From a virus (lineage: Duplodnaviria; Caudoviricetes): DNA of 47,952 bases. Made by a program: the position numbers and the translations under genes. A model generated the notes under the pieces. That model did no database searches. It saw nothing but the letters and a program-made list of their open reading frames with translations, and was not told where the DNA came from. The stretch spans positions 1 to 47,952 of the IMG/VR virus record IMGVR_UViG_3300012971_000009, one strand, 5' to 3'. Shown here piece by piece: positions 43,435 to 47,952 of the stretch (position 1 is the first letter of the stretch; every line of letters begins with the position of its first letter).

Positions 43435-45082
43435 GGACAACACCACCGTCGACGTCAAGAGCCTGAGTGGCACGGAGTTGGGGACCGAGCAGGCCCGCAT
43501 CGCCGCCCGGTTGAAGGTCATCGCCGACATCCTCATGCGGTCGGACTCCTTCGCCGGGGGCGTCAGTCTGGAGAACCGGATCGGAGCGCTCACCGTCACG
43601 CACAAGGCGGGTAGTGGGCTGGGGGAACTGAACCTGAACCCCTTCGCCGAGGGTGGCTACAACCATCCCGAGCTGCGCAAGACGACCATCCAGGGCAGTG
43701 ACTCCAAAGGTCAGGCGGCGTCCATCCAGTTGGGTGACCTGGCCGATGAGTACAAGAACCTGGAGAAGCGGGCCAACCAGATCACCGACCGTCTGAACGC
43801 CGAGCCGTCGCTGAAGACCGACGCCGGGCAAGCGGCGGCGAATGCGTCCAAGCCCACCTTTGGTAGCGGCGACAACCAGGGCAACCCCTTGTCGGGGTGG
43901 GCGCCGGTCTTCATCAACGACGCCCAGATCCAGGACCTGGCCCGCACCGGGGAGTTCGACATCACTCCCACGGCGATTGCCAACATGTTCCCTGACATCG
44001 CCAAGCAGCGTCTGGGGGCTGAGCAGACGGCGGCGGCTCAGGCCGGAGAATCCTACGCACCCTCGATCGGTGAGGCGCAGCAGACGGCGGTGTCGAATAT
44101 CGCCCCCGAGCAGTACAACGCTCCCGGCTTCGTCGACGTGGGCAAGGACTTCCCCTACCTACCTGATCCCACCCAGGAGGCCATCAACCGCATCAAGGCG
44201 CAGGGCCTCCCGGCGTGGGAGGAGGAGCGCATGATCCAGCTGGTGCTCCAGAACAAGACCACCGGCTACATGACCGAGGATGAGTACAACGCCCAGAAGC
44301 AGAAGATCCTGGACCAGGGCCTCCCCCACGCCCTGGAGGGGCAGCGCTTGCAGGAGCTGGCCCAGCAGTACAACCAGCAGAAGAAGCCGGATGTGCTCAG
44401 CCAGGCTCAGGACTACGTAGGGTCGGGACGTTCTTCGCTGCGCGACATCGTGGGCCGTCCCTACTCCTGGAACGCCGACCAGGTGGCGGCGACAGCGGTA
44501 GAGCTGTTCAAGGCCGGGTACCTCCAGATCCCCAACTACGATCCCACCAAGGCCCTGAGCCAGCAGATGCACATCACCTCGGCCTTCGACCCCGACTTCC
44601 AGAAGGCCTACCTCCAATGGGTGGACGACTCCTTCAAGGACCGCTCCAAGTCCATGATGGACATCCTCCACAACCGCCAGGAGTCCTTCCTGCCTCAGCT
44701 CAAGCAGATGGCCGATGCCATCGCCGCCAAGAACAAGCCACCGCCCCTGGTGGTGAAGCTCACCGACGCCGCCGGGATTCGTCAACAGGCCGAGGCCCTG
44801 GCCAAGAACGTGGCCGGGTTCACCCTGGGCGATGACGAGTACTCGCAACTGATCTCCTACATCCACGGTCTGGAGACCCAGTCCCAGACCGCCGCCTACA
44901 ACGCCACCTACCAGGGACCCGACTACCACGGTCCCGGCGGGACGGTGCAGGACGTGGACGTCTCCGGCGAGCTGGAGGCGGCCATCAAGGCCCGCCATCC
45001 CGTGGAGGCCAGTGCCAAGGACATCGCGGACGAGGCCGACATCATGCGGTCGCTGTTCGCCGGGCCGGGAGCGGCGATGTGA
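43427..45082 (+). CDS. Putative internal virion protein (551 aa)
   Basis: GGAG SD, MAKDN start, Gln/Ala-rich helical composition. Confidence 0.65.
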   Translation: MAKDNTTVDVKSLSGTELGTEQARIAARLKVIADILMRSDSFAGGVSLENRIGALTVTHKAGSGLGELNLNPFAEGGYNHPELRKTTIQGSDSKGQAASIQLGDLADEYKNLEKRANQITDRLNAEPSLKTDAGQAAANASKPTFGSGDNQGNPLSGWAPVFINDAQIQDLARTGEFDITPTAIANMFPDIAKQRLGAEQTAAAQAGESYAPSIGEAQQTAVSNIAPEQYNAPGFVDVGKDFPYLPDPTQEAINRIKAQGLPAWEEERMIQLVLQNKTTGYMTEDEYNAQKQKILDQGLPHALEGQRLQELAQQYNQQKKPDVLSQAQDYVGSGRSSLRDIVGRPYSWNADQVAATAVELFKAGYLQIPNYDPTKALSQQMHITSAFDPDFQKAYLQWVDDSFKDRSKSMMDILHNRQESFLPQLKQMADAIAAKNKPPPLVVKLTDAAGIRQQAEALAKNVAGFTLGDDEYSQLISYIHGLETQSQTAAYNATYQGPDYHGPGGTVQDVDVSGELEAAIKARHPVEASAKDIADEADIMRSLFAGPGAAM

Positions 45083-45231
45083 GCGACTGTCCCGGCCCCG
45101 TACTCTGGTACCAGGTGGACCGTATCGAGGGCCTGGACATGATTCTGTACTGTGAGCACTGCGGGCAGATCGGCTGCTCCGCCAACTGTCTGAGCGAGCA
45201 CTGGGGAGTGCAGATCGTGAGGGTGGACTGA
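45079..45231 (+). CDS. Cys-rich microprotein (50 aa)
   Basis: GTGA and TGATG overlaps on both sides; CEHCGQIGCSANCLSEH. Confidence 0.65.
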   Translation: MSDCPGPVLWYQVDRIEGLDMILYCEHCGQIGCSANCLSEHWGVQIVRVD

Positions 45232-46772
45232 TGGCCCAGATCACCCAGGACGAGCTTGCCGCCATGATCGTGCTGGTCGCCCAGCAGATGAAGATGAACA
45301 TCCCCACGCAGGACCTGATCGACATGGTGTCGATCCCCTCGCGTGAGTCGAGCTACGACCCCTTCGCCTACAACCCCAACCGCTCCACGGGCGACGACAG
45401 CTACGGCCTGTACCAGATCAACATGCTGGGCAACATGGGCACGGCCCGGGCCAATGCCCTGGGCATCACCAACTACAAGGCCCTGTTCGACCCGTGGATC
45501 AACGTGCGGGCCATGCTCCAGCTGTACGTAGCGGGTGGGCACACCCTCAACGCCTGGGGCGGCTACAAGGGGATGTCCAACACCTACGGCGTGAGCGCCG
45601 GGGCCAAGGCCTCCGCCGCCCAGGCCGTGAACCGCATCATGTCGGCGGCAGCCTACGGCCAGGTGATGGCGCCCGACATCTCCCGCTTCTCGGGGCAGTA
45701 CTCCAACGAGACGGGCATGACGCTCCAGACGGGGCCGGGCGCTCCCGTCACCCAGTACCCCGGTTCGGCCTCGGGTGGTGGTGGCCAGGGTGGCTACGGC
45801 TCCGACGTCCCGCCCCAGGGTGGGGCCGGAGCTAGCGGCGGTACCGGTGGCCCGACGTCCTACACCAATCCCAACCCGACGCCACCGCCCGTCACCGACC
45901 AGCAGGTGGCCGACTACGTCAGGGACAACTATGGCTACCTGGTCGCCTATCTCAACGATCCGGAGCTGGGTCCGATCCTCAAGTCGGCGGCGAAGAGCCA
46001 GCTCTCCAAGGACCTCCTCTACGGCAAGCTCTCCAACACCCAGTGGTGGAAGACGACCTCCGACACCGCCCGGCTCTGGCAGCAGCTCCGCATCGAGGAC
46101 CCCGCCACCGCGGCTGGGCGGTTGGCCAGCCAACGGGCCAAGATCGTCAACCAGCTGGGCAAGCTCGGCATCTACATGGACGGCGGGACCCTCGGCTCGA
46201 TTACGGAGGATTCGCTCAAGTTCGGGTGGTCTGACGATCAGCTCACCGATGCCGTTCTGGCCTACGCCAAGCCCGGACAGGCGGGATACACACAGGGGGA
46301 TCTGGGCGCCTACCAGCAGCAGATCCAGCAGGTCTCGGCCTCCTACCTCCTGCCCATCGCCCCCTCCGAAGCCGCCGACTACGCCAAGCGTGTCGCCGGA
46401 GGCGAGATGACCATGGACGGCGTCAAGGCCCTGGCCCAGTCGAAGGCCAAGAACATGTTCACGCACAACCCTGACATGCAGAAGCTGATCGACGAGGGAG
46501 TCACGCCCAACGACTACTTCTCCGCCCATCGCCAGGCCATGGCTCAGATCCTGGAGGTGTCGCCGGACTCCATCGACTTCGTGAACAACCCGGCCTACCG
46601 CCAGGTGCTCGACACCGTGGACCCGACGACGGGCAAGCACCGCACTATGACGGCCACCGAGGCGGAGCAGGTCGCCCGTGACCAGCCCCAGTACAAGAAC
46701 ACCGTGAACGCTCGGCGGGCCTTCCTGTCGGCCGGGTCGACGATGGCCACGGCCATGGGGATACCGCAATGA
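45231..46772 (+). CDS. Virion-associated lytic transglycosylase / ejection protein
   Basis: RESSYDP.AYN.N..TGD.SYGLYQINM...LFDP..N...AW motif, Gly-rich linker, helical C-terminus. Confidence 0.8.
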   Translation: MAQITQDELAAMIVLVAQQMKMNIPTQDLIDMVSIPSRESSYDPFAYNPNRSTGDDSYGLYQINMLGNMGTARANALGITNYKALFDPWINVRAMLQLYVAGGHTLNAWGGYKGMSNTYGVSAGAKASAAQAVNRIMSAAAYGQVMAPDISRFSGQYSNETGMTLQTGPGAPVTQYPGSASGGGGQGGYGSDVPPQGGAGASGGTGGPTSYTNPNPTPPPVTDQQVADYVRDNYGYLVAYLNDPELGPILKSAAKSQLSKDLLYGKLSNTQWWKTTSDTARLWQQLRIEDPATAAGRLASQRAKIVNQLGKLGIYMDGGTLGSITEDSLKFGWSDDQLTDAVLAYAKPGQAGYTQGDLGAYQQQIQQVSASYLLPIAPSEAADYAKRVAGGEMTMDGVKALAQSKAKNMFTHNPDMQKLIDEGVTPNDYFSAHRQAMAQILEVSPDSIDFVNNPAYRQVLDTVDPTTGKHRTMTATEAEQVARDQPQYKNTVNARRAFLSAGSTMATAMGIPQ

Positions 46773-47952
46773 CCATCGGCTACGACGCCAACGGCATCTA
46801 CGTCATCGGTCAGCAGGAGTACCAGAACATCGTCAACAATTGGCAGGCGACAGGGAACTCCTCCAACCTCCAGGGCTTCCTGTGGGACATGCTGACCCAG
46901 GGTGGTCGGGCCATTGCCGGGGCCAACAACAAGGGCTACTCGTCCTACCCCGAGATCGTGGCCAACCTGATGTCCAAGGGCATCGACGTCACCCACTGGG
47001 GTCTGCCCACGGTGCAGCAGGTGCAGGCCAACGCTCACGCCTACCCCGGCCTCACGCCGGGACCGATGTATCCCCAGGCCATTCCCGGGCCGACACCGCC
47101 CAAGCCCGCCTCCACCCAGGCGGCGGCTCCGGCCGGTCATCCCACCACCGGGACTGTCACGGTCAACCCGGACCAGGTGACCGCCTTTCGATCCGTGAAG
47201 CGGTTCCTGGACGAGATCGGCTTCGGCAACATGGCCACCCTCGACTCCAAGGGCAACCCCGGCGGGTGGTTGTGGGACCAGGTGGTGAAGAAGGGCTACA
47301 CCACCCAGGACGAGATCATGTCGGCTCTCGACGCCAACGCCGCCTGGCACAAGCGGTTCCAGGTCCACTACGACCAGATGGCTCAGGTCGGCAAGGGCAT
47401 CCCGACCCAGGTGATGAGCTTCGCCGAGATCCGCCAGTACGAGAAGTCCGCTGCTGACGTTATGCGGGCCTACGGCATGCCCACCCAGCTCTACGACAAC
47501 TACACCGACTTCCAGAACCTCATGCGCCGGGGCGTGTCCATCGACTCGCTCAACAAGGCGGTGTCGGTGTCGTGGAACCGGGTGGCCAACGCCGGAGCGA
47601 ACGTCAAGCAGGCCTTCACCGACCTGTACGGTCCGGCCGGGAACTCGATGCTGGCCAGTTGGTTCCTGGACAACGCCCAGTACGAACAGAAGCTCGACCT
47701 CATGAGCCGTGCCGCTTCCATCAAGGGCACGGCCGGAGCGTTGGGTCTTGACATCGGCAGATCGGTGTCGGAGTCGCTGGGCCAGGCCGGGTACGAGGGC
47801 ACCACCGCTCGCACCCAACTGGCTGATCTCGCCGCTAAGTCCCAGCTGCTCAGTGAGGACATCTCCGACACCACCGATCTCACCGCCAACCAGGCCGTGA
47901 GCGGCACCTTCGGCCTCAACGCCGAGGACCAGGCCGCCCTCCAGGCCCGGTC
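46769..47952 (+). CDS. Putative internal virion protein (422 aa including the part across the junction to 208)
   Basis: ATGA overlap; MTIGYDANGIYVIG... open to the contig end and continuing at the contig start; missed by the ORF track. Confidence 0.8.
   Translation, partial: MTIGYDANGIYVIGQQEYQNIVNNWQATGNSSNLQGFLWDMLTQGGRAIAGANNKGYSSYPEIVANLMSKGIDVTHWGLPTVQQVQANAHAYPGLTPGPMYPQAIPGPTPPKPASTQAAAPAGHPTTGTVTVNPDQVTAFRSVKRFLDEIGFGNMATLDSKGNPGGWLWDQVVKKGYTTQDEIMSALDANAAWHKRFQVHYDQMAQVGKGIPTQVMSFAEIRQYEKSAADVMRAYGMPTQLYDNYTDFQNLMRRGVSIDSLNKAVSVSWNRVANAGANVKQAFTDLYGPAGNSMLASWFLDNAQYEQKLDLMSRAASIKGTAGALGLDIGRSVSESLGQAGYEGTTARTQLADLAAKSQLLSEDISDTTDLTANQAVSGTFGLNAEDQAALQAR
47830..47952. repeat. Terminal direct repeat, right copy
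   Basis: Identical to 1-123. Confidence 0.97.

Noticed and set aside
1847-47818. Many long ORFs antisense to the called genes (e.g. 1847-3136, 4833-6578, 6869-8929, 21752-23326, 32947-35049, 45042-46769)
   Set aside because: Shadow frames of GC3-biased genes with Gly/Val/His/Arg-skewed composition and no motifs.

Overview
An apparently complete, circularly assembled, high-GC tailed dsDNA phage genome. Bases 1-123 are identical to 47830-47952, so the unit length is about 47.8 kb. The host is probably an actinomycete, inferred from the LysA-like amidase, actinobacterial-type SSB and Gp3/RDF-like gene. The + strand (about 30.7 kb through the junction to 12.0 kb) carries the virion operon: HTH-fused large terminase, portal, a block of very large putative ejection proteins (2678, 551, 513 and 422 aa), scaffold, SU10/DUF5309-type major capsid, a glycosyltransferase, podovirus-like tail and fibre genes, endolysin and holins. 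The - strand (about 12.0-30.4 kb) carries many small early genes, including SLOG/DUF2493, DUF4326, SSB, a SAM methyltransferase, an AAA+ ATPase, a Cas4-like nuclease, ParB, an SLT-like protein, a Gp3/RDF-like protein and VRR-NUC. I recognised no polymerase, primase, helicase, integrase or tape measure. The most unusual signal is non-coding: a ~325-nt nested rod-like inverted-repeat structure, a five-hairpin array, a 52-nt anticodon-less tRNA mimic upstream of ssb, and a GA-rich start-associated motif on early genes whose complement is displayed in a hairpin loop just before the terminase start. All family assignments are by-eye motif recognition, not database hits.
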